Of a stretch of DNA of 64,000 bases, positions 38,796-50,842 are shown in pieces. The position numbers and the translations under genes are program-made. The notes beneath the pieces are model-generated. The model did no database searches. It was not told where the DNA came from and worked only from the letters and a program-made list of their open reading frames with translations. Numbering within the stretch: position 1 is the first letter of the stretch; every line of letters starts with the position of its first letter. The DNA comes from Octopus vulgaris (taxonomy: Eukaryota), in assembly GCA_951406725.2 (NCBI GenBank), contig OX597829.1, positions 51,894,001 to 51,958,000 on the forward strand, written 5' to 3'.

Positions 38796-39554
38796 GTCTT
38801 GGACAGAATTTTTGCCTCTCATTCTTCTTGGTTGTCGCACTTCTGTTAAGGCAGACTTAAGTTTCTCCTCTGCTGAACTCCTTTACGGTACCACCGTGGT
38901 ACTCCCTGGTACAATGTTAGCGCCAGACAACTCATCGCTTCCTGATCCAACGTCGTATGTCACTAGACTTTGTTCGTATTTCCCGAGTCTTTCACCCATG
39001 CATCCGTGTGACCAGTCTATTCCCTCTCACGTCCCTCCGGATATTGACAAATGTTGCCTCATAACTTTAAAAAAAAAATGGATACTTTCTAACGAAACTT
39101 TCAACAAATAATCGCTAAGATCCTGCAGATTGAGTGTATATAGAGAATTGTTGGAAGAATTTTCTCCGAGGGGTTGGGGAGAGGAGTTTTGGAAAATTCA
39201 CCCGACCCGACATTTTCCCCCTCATAATTTTCAGGAAAATGGGTATTTTTTAAATGAGATTTTATACAAATATCTTTCAAATGGTGTAGATTACGATTAC
39301 AAAGAACTTTGTTGGCAAAATGCTTTGGAAGGGGGCGTGAAAAAAGTGTGTGATTTAAGGGAAATTTGGCTGGTGTTTCTAGCACATCGCAAGACCACCC
39401 TCCTTATTTTTTCTCACTCAAATATGTATTGATGTTTTTCAATATTTCCCCCCGTAAACACATTTATGCTATATATATGAAAATAAAAACGAAAATTTGA
39501 TCATTTATGATTTTTTTAAGCCCCACTCCCTGCTCCCGATTGTTTCTGTAAATA

Positions 39555-41612
39555 TCTTCCAAAAAGATGGCTCCCTCACAGGAAATCCCACGAGGATAAG
39601 TGAAATACTGAACGAACAGTTCCAAAGTGTGTTCACTACACCTCTAGGACACAGGCAAGTAAACAACCCAGAAGAATTCTTTGCCACTTTACCTGTGGCC
39701 AAAGAGGCAAAAATTGAGTACATCAACATTGAAGATGATGATATCACGCTGGCCATAGATGAGATTGACACAAACTCAGCTGCTGGACCTGATGGATTTC
39801 CAGCGATCCTTTTCAAATCATGCAAACGAACCCTTGCAAAACCTTTTTCAGAGCTTTCTTGCAAGTGGTAAGCTCCCAGTCAAATTGAAAGAGGGGGTAA
39901 TATGCCCTAACCATAAGGGAGGAAGCAGAACAGATGCTAAAAATTATAGGCCAATCACTCTGACCTCACACATCAGCAAAGTCATGGAATGAATAGTCCG
40001 CAAGAACTAATCATGTTCCTTGAAGAAAATGACTTGCTGACTGACACTCAGCATGGATTTCAACCAGGTAGAAGCTGCCTAACACAGCTCCTGCAACACT
40101 ATGACTGGGTGTTAAAACAGCTACTAAATGGCTCAAATGTGGATGTGATATATCTCGACTTTGCAAAAGCCTTTGATAAAGTTGACCATGGTATGATTTG
40201 TCACAAACTGCGTGGTCTCGGCATAGGCGGAAAACTTGGAGAGTGACTGCACAACTTCCTAAAAAATAGAAGGCAGGCAGTTGTGGCCAATGAGCCACCT
40301 CCAAGGAAACACAAATAACAAGCGGTGTTCCACAGGGCACTATGTTGGGGCCACTGCTGTTCATAGTGGCCCTTTCAGACATGCCCTCAGTTGCTAAGAT
40401 GGCCACCTTTGCTAGCTATGCAGATGACACAAAAGTCTCCCACACAATACAAAACCCTGGAAATATTGCATATCTGCAACAGGAGTTGGATACAATAAAC
40501 AGGCGAGGACAACATGCAGTTTAATGCAGGGAAGTTCCAGGCCCTGCGCTACCTATTTCTTTACTACCCACAAGGGGCTAAACATAGAGGGGACAAACAA
40601 GGACAGACATAGGTATTAAGTCGATTACATCGACCCCAGTGCGTAACTGGTACTTAATTTATCGACCCCGAAAGGATGAAAGGCAAAGTCAACCTCGGCG
40701 GAATTTGAACTCACAACGTAACGACTGACGAAATACGGCTACGCATTTCGTCCAGCGTGCTAACGATTCTGCCAGCTACCGGCACACAATGGTAAACGAC
40801 ATGCAGACTGGATACACTGGCCTGGGAAGAATTGTAATTCCTGAGTCAAAATCACTGCGTGACCTGGGCATTGACATGAGCAATGATGCATCTTTCCAAG
40901 TGCATATTACTAATTTGGTGATAAAATGCAGACGGCTAGCTGGATGGATTCTCCGAACTTTCAGAACAAGAGAGGAGACACTGATGGTCCTTTGGAAAAC
41001 TTTCGTCCTCAGCCGCTTGGACTACTGCTCCCAACTATGGTCACCACACAATATAAAGCTAACAGCAGAACTCGAAGCAATTCAAAGAAGCTACATTAAG
41101 AAGATCGTCTCAATGCAACATATCAGCTACTGGGAAAGACTGAAAGTATTAAAACTCTTCTCCCTAGAGCGAAGGCGGGAAGAGATATGCGGTGATATAC
41201 ATCTGGAAAATCCTGGAGGGTCTTGTCCCAAACTTTGGCATTCAAAGTTACCCCAACCGCAGAACGGGGCGCCACTGCATGGTGCCAAAGATTCCAACAT
41301 CACCATCAAAATACAGGACCAGATACTGCAACAGCTTGGGTTTCAGAGGACCACAGCTTTTCAACATCCTCCCTAAATGTCTGAGACTTGCATGGTGTGG
41401 ATGTGGGTTTCTTTAAAACTAAACTGGATCTCTTCTTGTCGGGGGTCCCAGATGAACCTACCTCTCGGCAGGAGACACAGATGCGGGTAGCAGCATCGAA
41501 CTCCCTTGTTGACCAAGTGCCACGTATCAGAGGTGGATTCATATACTAGTGTAGCTCATTCAGCGGTGGTGCCCCAGCATTACCGCAGCCTTCAGGCTGA
41601 AACATTTTTAAG
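39555..41612 (+). mobile_element. CR1/L2-group LINE, 5'-truncated and frameshifted RT
   Basis: AAGPDGFP, NYRPITLTS, QHGF..GRSCLTQLL, YLDFAKAFDKVDH, GVPQG, YADD, LDYCSQLWSP, SLERRR. Confidence 0.93.
40554..40774 (-). mobile_element. SINE family B inserted in the LINE RT
   Basis: GCTACC at 40548-40553 and 40775-40780; near-identical to 38566-38795. Confidence 0.88.
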
Positions 41613-42986
41613 GATCTATAATTCTAAAATATTGAGAGCCTGAGAAGATTATTGTTGGGATTTATCCAGAGTGATTTTAATGAGGTAAAAGATCGTTTAT
41701 TTTGACAGCATAATTTTCTATTAGAAAATATTTTTTCCTTACATACACGGCCTTACTCGAGTGGGTGCAGTAAATAATTACCATTTTTCGTTTTTGCTTA
41801 TATCCCAACAATGGACTACGCGTGTGTTACTTTGGCATTGTGAGAAAGAAACGAGGAGGGAGGTCTTGGGATGTACTAGAAACAACACTCAGATCTCCCT
41901 TAAATCACGCATTTTCCTTTGAAATTATTAACAATTTCTTTTAAACCGAAAATGTTTCTTTCACAGGTTTTAAGCGTGTAGTGAAAAAAATAAAAAAAAG
42001 AATTGGCCCAAATCGGTCTGGACTGGGATAGTGGGGTTGACAGGAGGGAAAAAAATCATAATTTTTCAAAATTTTTTCTTTCCTTTCGTGAAAAGATGCT
42101 TTCCATCATTCCGAAGACTGTGCTGAAAAAAAAAATGGGAAAAATCCCCGGAGAAATTCCGACTTACGTGGGCCGTCTGACCCGAAACTCCGATTTCCAG
42201 AACCCCTCCTCTCGCCGCCTTCCAAAAGCTTTTGCCAACAAATTTCTTTGTAATCATAATCTACACCGTATGAAGGGTATTTGTATAAAATTTCATTAAA
42301 AAAAATACCCATTTTCCTGAAAGTTGTGAGGGGGGAAAATGTCGGGTCGTGTGAATTTTCCGAAACTCTTCTCAACCCCACGGAAACTTTTTTCCAACAA
42401 ATCTACAAGATCTAAACGATTGTCTGTTGGAACTTTCGTTAAAAAGTGTTCATTTTTCTGGAAGTTATGAGGCAACGAAGTCGTAGGGTGGGGTATACCT
42501 CTCGTTATGCCGGGACTGGGCCACTAACCGCAAAGTTCTCGTCAACGTTGGCAGCTCGCCTCACCAAGGTGCCAGGTGATGCCTGTAAGGGCGCTTGGCT
42601 GTTCCAGTGCCTTAGCCCGTGGTTAATGCTATGAACGTGCTGGTTTACTTCAGTTGATTCCGTTAAACCTTGTGGTGTGTGACCAGTAGAAGCGCTTGGT
42701 GCTGCTTAGTTGGGTTTTTTTTCCCCTTTCTTCCCTACAAATGGTTTCAATACAGTTTTAGCAGAAAGATTTGGATGAATTAGAAGAAAGTTCTCCCGTA
42801 ATTTTCTTTCGCGCAAATAAATTTAGATCGCCTAAGAGTTTATGTTAATTTAAGAATTTGCCAGCAAAATCTTGTAAAATTATCAAGCTCCAGATCTTAA
42901 AAAAAAAATGGAAAAAAGAAAGAAAACCAAGTTGAGTAAAATTGTGACAGTCCATATCTGCAAAAGCATTTAACGAAATTCTCATA

Positions 42987-43376
42987 GGCGCAGGAGTGGC
43001 TGTGTGGTAAGTAGCTTGCTTACCAACCACATGGTTCCGGGTTCAGTCCCACTGCGTGGCATCTTGGGCAAGTGTCTTCTGCTATAGCCCCGGGCCGACC
43101 AATGCCTTGTGAGTGGATTTGGTAGACGGAAACTGAAAGAAGCCTGTCGTATATATGTATATATATATATATATATATATGTATCTGTGTGTCTGTGTTT
43201 GTCCCCCTAGCATTGCTTGACAACCGATGCTGGTGTGTTTACGTCCCCGTCACTTAGCGGTTCGGCAAAAGAGACCGATAGAATAAGTACTGGGCTTACA
43301 AAAGAATAAGTCCCGGGGTCGATTTGCTCGACTAAAGGCGGTGCTCCAGCATGGCCGCAGTCAAATGACTGAAACA
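42987..43376 (+). mobile_element. SINE family A, full-length young copy (tRNA-like head, ACCTTGGGCAAGT CORE-like block, internal (TA)n, LINE-type tail)
   Basis: More than ten copies in the window, e.g. 14486-14870, 25590-25960(-), 50585-51170(-), 52230-52610. Confidence 0.88.
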
Positions 43377-44667
43377 ATTAAATCAACGTTTACCCCAGTG
43401 CTTTTTTTTACAACTGGTGTCACGATGCCCCAGCGTATATTCAGTCGTTAGGGTTCAGCGAGGCTATAAATTTAAATAATATAATTAGCAAAACAAATGT
43501 CCAAGTCTATACACTAAAAAAAAAATGGATGAATGCAAGCGAAGTGTATGAGAAAAGGCACATTGGAGTACAGCAAATATTCCTCTAAGGCTTACGTTTT
43601 CTTGACTGACTAAAATATTGCTTTACCTAAAGTAAAAAGAGAGCTGAGAGTGAGGTGGTGCGGTCACACGAGCGTGGGAACCTGTTCTACTCAGATTGTT
43701 AGTTCAGCTGTTTAAACTGGCGCAGCTTTTGTCGAGTACCTAATCTTATAGTTATAATTTTTATCTAATAATTTTCCAATTTCGGCTTAACACTTTAGCT
43801 TCGATAACTTCTACTATTAATATCTAAAGAATCAGAATCAATATTTCTTAAAGAGACGATTGCATGGGGACAAATGAATAAAGATGACACTTTATCCTCC
43901 GTGTTCTATTTTAAAAACGGTTTGTGTTCCATGGTAAAATGAAATCAAATTAATGGTTACTTAAACGTTTTAAAACACGAGACAGAAGGGAGCTATATAA
44001 GTACCTTGATCTTTACCCTTTGTGACATTGTTATTTTTGAAAGAAATACTTAAGGTTCCTTAATCGTGTAGGCTATTATTGTAGGTGGACATAAACAAGG
44101 TCATCTTAGTAGCATTATTGTCACCCTGGCAATTCAGTGCACTGGTCCTATAGTATTTATTTATTGACAAGCTGCATGATGCGTTGATCAGAACTGGGCC
44201 CCTAGACCAGTGATGTCTTCGGAAGGAAAGCTACACATGTCTTTAGACGGCTGAGGACATGAAGTTAAAAAAATTAAGTGACACTGTATTAGCGCTCTAG
44301 AAATAACAGCCAAATGTAACCCCTGCAAACTTACCCTTTCTGTTAGAGGATACATTGAATAATAATAGCAGTGGGAAAAAAAGAGAGATAGAATTATCAT
44401 GGTTTGGAAGATATAAGAATTCGTGATCAGATCAAGGTAAATAGAGACCCCTTGAACGAGACTGCCATGAATCCTAGAGACGGTTACAAGTTTCCATTGG
44501 CGTGTCGAAATCACAACATCCCCCCTGAACTGGATGCAAATCCATTGCAGGTTTTAATTTAAGCTATGGATATTCTCATCAGATCTGGGTAACAGGCAAA
44601 AAAAAAAAATAGAGAAAAAAAAAAACCTATAGCATAATAATAATTATATAGAGATGCAGCACGGATT

Positions 44668-44718
44668 TTTGTCAGTGAACAGGTCGCGGTCTTAAAGCGA
44701 CGAAAATATTTTGACAAA
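44668..44718 (+). ncRNA. Complete minimal type-I hammerhead ribozyme motif with G3:C8 core variant, inside a ~155-bp element (44650-44805)
   Basis: Stem I TTTGTCA/TGACAAA; core GTGAACA; stem II GTCGC/GCGAC; GAAA; palindromic stem III AATATT; predicted cleavage after 44711. Confidence 0.65.
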
Positions 44719-45138
44719 TTAAATTTAAATGTTGAAGTGAATCGAACGGCTTTTTGTGTGTTTCTTAAATGGCTTACAAACACCTTCCACGCTGCAATTG
44801 TTTAATAATTATTTATTTATTCATTTATTGCCCACAGGGGGGCTAAACGTAATAATTCTGCTATATAAGTAAAAGGTCTGAAATTTTGGTGGGGAAGGGG
44901 CTAGTTCATTTAAATCGAATTTGAAAGAATGGAAAGCAGAGTGAAAACTCGGCGAAATTTGAACTCAGAACGTTTCACCGGACGAAGTAGTGTTGTCATG
45001 TATTTTTTGTCCGACATGATGAGCAAAAAAAAGGACTGAATGAAATCAAAAACCGTTTTCCACTCCGCTTCTGTCGCTGCCGCCGCCGCCGCCGTCACCG
45101 CCTCCAACTTTGCGCAACAGTTTGATTTCGAGCCTCGT

Positions 45139-45183
45139 TTTGAAGCGACCAATCAGCGAAGAGTGGAACGGCGCCAATTTGAA
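45139..45183 (+). promoter_or_regulatory. KIF4-like core promoter: CHR (TTTGAA 45139-45144), CCAAT box (45149-45153), CDE-4nt-CHR (CGGCG-CCAA-TTTGAA 45169-45183)
   Basis: Motifs read directly; they follow a local GC/CpG-rich (GCC)n patch at 45060-45120 and precede a splice donor at 45241. Confidence 0.65.
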
Positions 45184-45189
45184 ATATAA

Positions 45190-45240
45190 TTTTTAGTTTA
45201 CAACAAACGTATTTTTGTTGCTCTCAATTTCTTTCAGTTG
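45190..45240 (+). other. KIF4: Putative non-coding first exon of the KIF4-like gene (start approximate)
   Basis: Donor TTG|GTATGT at 45240/45241; the ATG exon has an acceptor only 2 nt before its ATG, so an upstream non-coding exon is expected. Confidence 0.5.
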
Positions 45241-45579
45241 GTATGTAACTTATTCACTCTATTTATTATTTGTTTTGTGTATTTCCAATCATAAATTCCC
45301 TCCTTCATTAACCAAAATCTACTGTACAAAATCAATTGTAGTTATGATCATCGGATTTCTTAATTAGTTCAATGCAAGACTTAACTTTTATTTGATCCAA
45401 CCTCTCTTGACATTTATTTTTAAAAAAAACTGCATATGGTGTGATTTGATGAAATTTTGCAAATCGTTCCGTATAGAAACGATTCAGTGATGGAGAGAAA
45501 TTAGTTTTTACCTAAGGTAACCTGTATGGTACCATATGCACCTAGTAACATTTTTTTTCTCGCTTGCATTTCCGAAAAA

Positions 45580-45885
45580 TAGACACACACACACACATAA
45601 ATACACACACACACACATATAAATATACACACACACATAAATATACACACATATAAATATATACACACACATAAATATACAGACACACACACACACACAC
45701 ACACACACATAAATACACACACACATATAAATATACACACACATAAATATACACACATATAAATATATACACACACATAAATATACAGACACACACACAC
45801 ACACACACACACATAAATATACACACACACACAAATATATATATACACACACATACATAAAGATACACACACACACACAAACACG
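45580..45885. repeat. Compound (CA)n/(TA)n minisatellite in KIF4 intron 1
   Basis: Repeated ACACACATAAATATAC units with a higher-order duplication. Confidence 0.9.
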
Positions 45886-47174
45886 TTATATTTACACTTT
45901 ATTTTTATTGTCGTCGTGTTATTAGAATTGTTTATTTTTAATTAAATATATATATATAACCATTTTTCATTTATGATGTACGAGATTTTTCGACATTCTT
46001 TATAATCTTACAATTCTACCCACCAACATCAGAAATCACTAACGATGTATGTGTGTGTGTGTTTTCTTAACTGTCTATCATTAATTATCTCACAACCACT
46101 GCGACATGTTTCAATTTCAGTTAATTGCCAAAACCAGTACGGCTTTTTAAAAAAAGAAACCTCGTATTTACTCGATTAAAATACGATTCCCTAAATAATA
46201 ATACAACCCCAACTGTTTGCATTTAAATATCTTGTAATATATATTTTATCTTCAATCTTTTTTTTATCACTCCATTTAATAATGTTTAGTGCGAGCTAAC
46301 AGTTAATAATGTTAAAAATCGCTCTCATGCCCTGACAAAAATACCTATCGGCATTTTGTTCGTCTTTAATGTTTTGAGTTCCAGTTTTTTGCTGAGATAG
46401 ACAAATTAAGTATTGGGATCAGACTAATTAAGTATTGGGATCAATGTAATTGATTAGTCCCCTCCCCGCAAACTTTAAAACCCTCGGCTCATGGAAGAAA
46501 ATATTTAATAATACTTCTAAACTTTCCATAAAGTTTTACCCTATTTTTTAAATTAAACTTGTCGCATTACAAACGGCTGAACATAAACAAACTTTTCTTT
46601 TCTTTTCATGTTTAATAAACGTTTTTATGTGATACATTGTGTTATTGAAAATATTCAGAAATCGTTATTTTTCTGTAATTTGTGAGAAAATTTGCCCTAT
46701 TTTTTGCTCCTCATCTTTTCAACTGAATTCAGATTTTGATGTAGACAATAGAAATTTTAGTTTTCAAATATGTTTCTTTATTGAATAACATTTCTTTGCT
46801 ATATTTTTCCATTGTCTTTAGTTAGAGGCAAATGAATTAATTTAAAACTTTTTTTTTTCGGAGATTAATCTTTCTTTTATGTATAAAATTTCGATTTATT
46901 ATAATTTTTTTCCTCCTGAGAGTTCTTAAGCTTTAATTGCTTGGGACATGTTTATATTAAGTTAACGTGACTATGAGATAAGTAAATCAAAACATTAGCA
47001 CATTGAATTTAAATTAAGAAATTTCGATCGATATCCTTCTAATAACGGGCCGTGACAATAACAGTTAACTTTAAAAATAGTCACAAACATTTCCATAACA
47101 TATTTCATATATTATTATTATTATTATTTTTATTTGTATGTTATTAAGATGTGTTTCTACTTTTCTCTCTAGAA

Positions 47175-47391
47175 ATGGCAATCCCAGTTAAAGTGGCAGT
47201 CCGTTGCCGACCGTTGAATAACAAAGAAACCGACGAAGGTGGTCAGACATGTGTGGATTTTCCTTCCGAAGGATCGTGCATCTGTCTACGTAAAAAAATA
47301 TTCGGTTTTAACTTTGTTTTCTCACCTGAAATATCTCAAATAATTTTATATGAGGAAGCTGTGAAGCCTTTAATAAATAATCTATTTTTAG
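47175..47391 (+). CDS. KIF4: Kinesin-4/KIF4-like chromokinesin, coding exon 1 (MAIPVKVAVRCRPL...NNLFL-G)
   Basis: Acceptor ttttctctctag ending at 47172; IPVKVAVRCRPL motor start; donor G|GTGAG, phase 1. Confidence 0.9.
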
Positions 47392-47927
47392 GTGAGACTT
47401 TTCTTTTTTTTTGTGTGTTTATACTTTAAATATGGATTAATAATGTTTAGTGAGACGGAAGAATTAAAAATCGTCCATGACCTTTTTATTTTCTGTACCG
47501 CCAAGAGACTAACGGGAGAATAGGAGGAAGTTCACCTCTGACCTGCTTCGAATGCATGTAAAAGCAGACGGCCTCTAAAGATATCCTTGGTCCAGTTGAG
47601 GGTGTTAAACCGGTTGAGATTCACACTACCACTCAAAAATTCAGGAACTGTTCCTCAAATGGGATCTTCCACAGTTTCTGCTCACCATATTCACCAGCCA
47701 CAAGCAAGGCTGTAGTTAAGGCACTTGCCTAAGAAGCTGCAAACTTCTAACCACCACACAGCCATGCATATGAGTAATTTTCGATCTCAATATTTTTGGT
47801 GAACATACACAGACACATATATGTATATATGCATGCCTAATATATATATATATATATATAATATAAACCCATACCAGCATGGGAAGCGGAAGTTAAACGA
47901 TGACTATATATATATATATATATGTGT

Positions 47928-48198
47928 GGAGGCGCAATGGCCTAGTGGTTAGGGCAACGGACTCGCGGTCGTAGGATCGCGGTTTCGATTCCCAGACCGG
48001 GTGTTGTGAGTGTTTATTGAGCGAAAACACCTAAAAGCTCCACGAAGCTCCGGCAGGGGATGGTGATCCCTGCTGTACTCTTTCACCACTCTTTCTTCTG
48101 TTGGCCTGCTCCCTTAGCCAGCAGGGTGGCTAAAACAATGCGAACGCATTGTGACCAGCGATGTGTAGCAACATCTGATGGTCTGGTCGGTCACGTGA
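47928..48198 (+). mobile_element. tRNA-derived SINE, family D, within a (TA)n tract
   Basis: GGCGCAATGGCCTAGTGG A box and GGTTTCGATTCC B box, followed by a non-tRNA body. Confidence 0.7.
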
Positions 48199-48975
48199 TA
48201 TATATATATATATACACACATATAAAAGTAGATAAATGGCATAACAAGGCACAAATATTTACTGGAAAATAGCAGTCGTAATAAATACGACGCTATTGTA
48301 TAGCTTCATATATGTGTGTGTGTGATATACATACACACACACAGATATATATATATATACACATATACATGTGTGTGTGTTAAATAAATTGAGACGACAA
48401 AGCCAAGGTTATGTGGAATTTTATTTGCCACCTTCGGTCCTCTGGATACCAATACCGTATATATTTTTATATATACGCGCATTCATATATATGTATATAT
48501 GCATTTATATATATATATATTTTATATATACATGAATACATATATGTATATATGGATAATATTCATATTTTCTTTGGTACTTTAGCTTGTTCCCTTTCTT
48601 TGCGTCAATTCATGAGTTTAGTACTCTGTGTGGCTTTTCGAGTTGTTTTTTACTCTTATTTCTAGCAATTGCTGGTACTAACTTGTACCCTTGTCTATTA
48701 ACTTGCCTTTAGGTTTTAATTGCTTATGGGCCACCTGTATTATAATACATCTAATATATGGTATTCATTGTGTGTGTATATATGCATATCTAATATATTC
48801 ATGTGCGCAGGAGTGGCTGTGTGGTAAGTAGCTTACTTACCGACCACATCGTTCTGGGTTCAGCCCCACAGCGTGGCACCTTGGGCAAATGTCTTCTACT
48901 ATAGCCTCTAGCCGACCAAAGCCTTGTGAATGGATTTGGTAGATAGAAACTGAAAGAAGCCTGTCGTGTATATAT

Positions 48976-49951
48976 GGCCCTTGTGCCGGTGTCGGTGGCA
49001 TGTAAAAGCACCCACTACACTCTCAGAGTGGTTGCGTTAGGAAGGGCATCTAGTTGTAGAAACTCTGCCAGATCAGATTGGATTCTGGTTCACCAGATCT
49101 CAGTCAAATCGTCCAACCCATGCTGGCATGGAAAGCGGACGTTAAATGATGATGATATAAAGTTTAGAAAGCTTCTACCCCTACTTGTGACAAAGGGTCT
49201 CTCGCTCAGAGTGAAAGTTAGATTGTACGATGCATGTGTGCAAACTGCCATGCTTCACGGTAGTGAAGTATGGGCTGTGACTGCAAAGGACATGCGTAGG
49301 CTTGAAAGAAATGAAGCTAGCATGATCCGCTGGATGTGTAATGTCAGTGTGCACACACGACAGAGTGTACGCACCCTGAGAGAAATGCTGGACCTAAGAA
49401 GCATCAGCTGTGGAGTGCAAGAGAGACGTTTGCACTGGTATGGTCATGTATTACAGATGGATGAGGAGAGATGTGTGAAGAAGTGCCACTCCCAAACAGT
49501 TGAAGGTATCAGGGGTAGAGGTAGACCCAGGAAGACATGGGATGAGGTGGTCAAGCATGACCTTCGAACGTTGGGGCTCACAGAGGCAATGACGAAAGAC
49601 CGAGATCTCTGGAGATATGCTGTGACTGCAAAGACCCGACAAATAACATGAGTTCATGGCTGTTTCCTGCACCAGTTTCACATAATCAGCCCCAGCCCAT
49701 CCAAAGTACCTTGGATTGCAGAACGACCTGCTGTGCTTACCTTGGATCATAGGGTGACCTGCTGTGCTTGAGGAGACCTATTGAGTTAAATACATCAACA
49801 TCAAAATAAATATCAAATGGAAATTGTAGTTGTGTTATCTGTGCTGGTGGCACGTAAAAAGTACCATCCGAATGTAGCCGATGCCAGCCTCCCCTGGCAC
49901 CTGAGCCGGTAGCTAGCACGGAAAACGGATGTTAAACGATAGTGATGATGA
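48976..49951 (+). mobile_element. Tandem RTE fragments (tail 48976-49156, then ORF C-terminus and UTR) lying between two inverted SINE-A heads
   Basis: KFRKLLPLLVTKGLSLRVK...RRLHWYGHV...GRGRPRKTW; two (GAT)n tails; SINE heads at 48803-48970(+) and 49968-50095(-). Confidence 0.88.
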
Positions 49952-50802
49952 TATGCACACACATACACAACAGGCTTCTTTCAGTTTTTGTCTATCAAAT
50001 CCACTCACAAGGCTTTAGTTAGCCCGAGGCTATAGTAGAAGGCACCTGCCCAAGATGCCATGCAGTGGGACTGAACCTGGAGCCATGAGGTTGGTTGAGT
50101 GGGTGGATTACTGCAGCTATAAGGCTGTCAGCCATTTTAAATATCTGGGCCAGATCCAGAAAAAAAAATTTTATATTTAAAGAGAAAGGCCATTAGAGGC
50201 CTGGTAGCCTCTGACACTTGAAGTGCTGCATGTGGCCCTGGGACCTGTGGTTGAGAACTATTGATTTAGACTCTGAGATACTGTAGATGGTTGGTAAATT
50301 ACATCTTTTTGACCAGTGAATGTTTGAGACATTCAGGGAAGGTGGATTGCTGACAAAGAATTTCTAGCATCAAATCTCATTGTAGTATCAGGTGAAGCTT
50401 AGGGAGCATGCCCGACTGTCCCAGCATCTCAGCTTTGCAGTTACCATTCAGTAAGGCTGTGTTTTCGGTTACCTCAAGAATTTTGAGAGGGTAATACTGA
50501 TGTTCCTATCACTTTGTATAAAGAGAATGTCTATACTTCGTTTTGTCCATTTATTTATTTTTTCTTCTCACCATTTTCTTTTTACTCTTTTACTTGTTTC
50601 AAGTCATTTGACTGTGGCCATGCTGGAGCACCGCCTTTAGTCGAGCAAATCGACTCCAGGACCTATTCTTTGTAAGCCTAGTACTTATTCTATCGGTCTC
50701 TTTTGCTGAACCGCTAGGTTACAGGGACCTAAACACACCAGCATCGGTTGTCAAGCGATGTTGGAAGGACACAGACATACAAACATATACACACACACAT
50801 AC

Positions 50803-50842
<40 letters not shown>

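Larger units (their letters stand above)
35990..39052 (+). mobile_element. Ty3/Gypsy LTR retrotransposon pol remnant (RT-RNase H-integrase) interrupted by two insertions; LTRs not recognised
   Basis: [68 protein letters not shown] in Gypsy order; many frameshifts. Confidence 0.95.
39053..42476. mobile_element. Long-TIR (foldback/MITE-like) DNA element containing a nested LINE
   Basis: 39053-39335 is an imperfect reverse complement of 42215-42476 (termini GTTGCCTCATAACTT/AAGTTATGAGGCAAC); second inverted block 39347-39416 vs 41841-41911; no TSD seen. Confidence 0.7.

Noticed and set aside
42477-42710. GC-richer block as a possible Gypsy LTR or ncRNA
   Set aside because: No TG..CA boundaries, PBS, PPT, second copy or recognisable RNA motif could be identified.
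45501-45884. Three overlapping 112-127 aa Cys/Val/Tyr-rich ORFs
   Set aside because: Translations of a (TG)/(TA) minisatellite.
47928-48000. tRNA gene
   Set aside because: A and B boxes are present but there is no proper acceptor stem, and it runs into a SINE body; the same applies to the other SINE heads.
48974-49651. 225-aa ORF as a nested host gene
   Set aside because: An RTE tail read through (GAT)n into an RTE ORF C-terminus; no RT or endonuclease core and no splice evidence.
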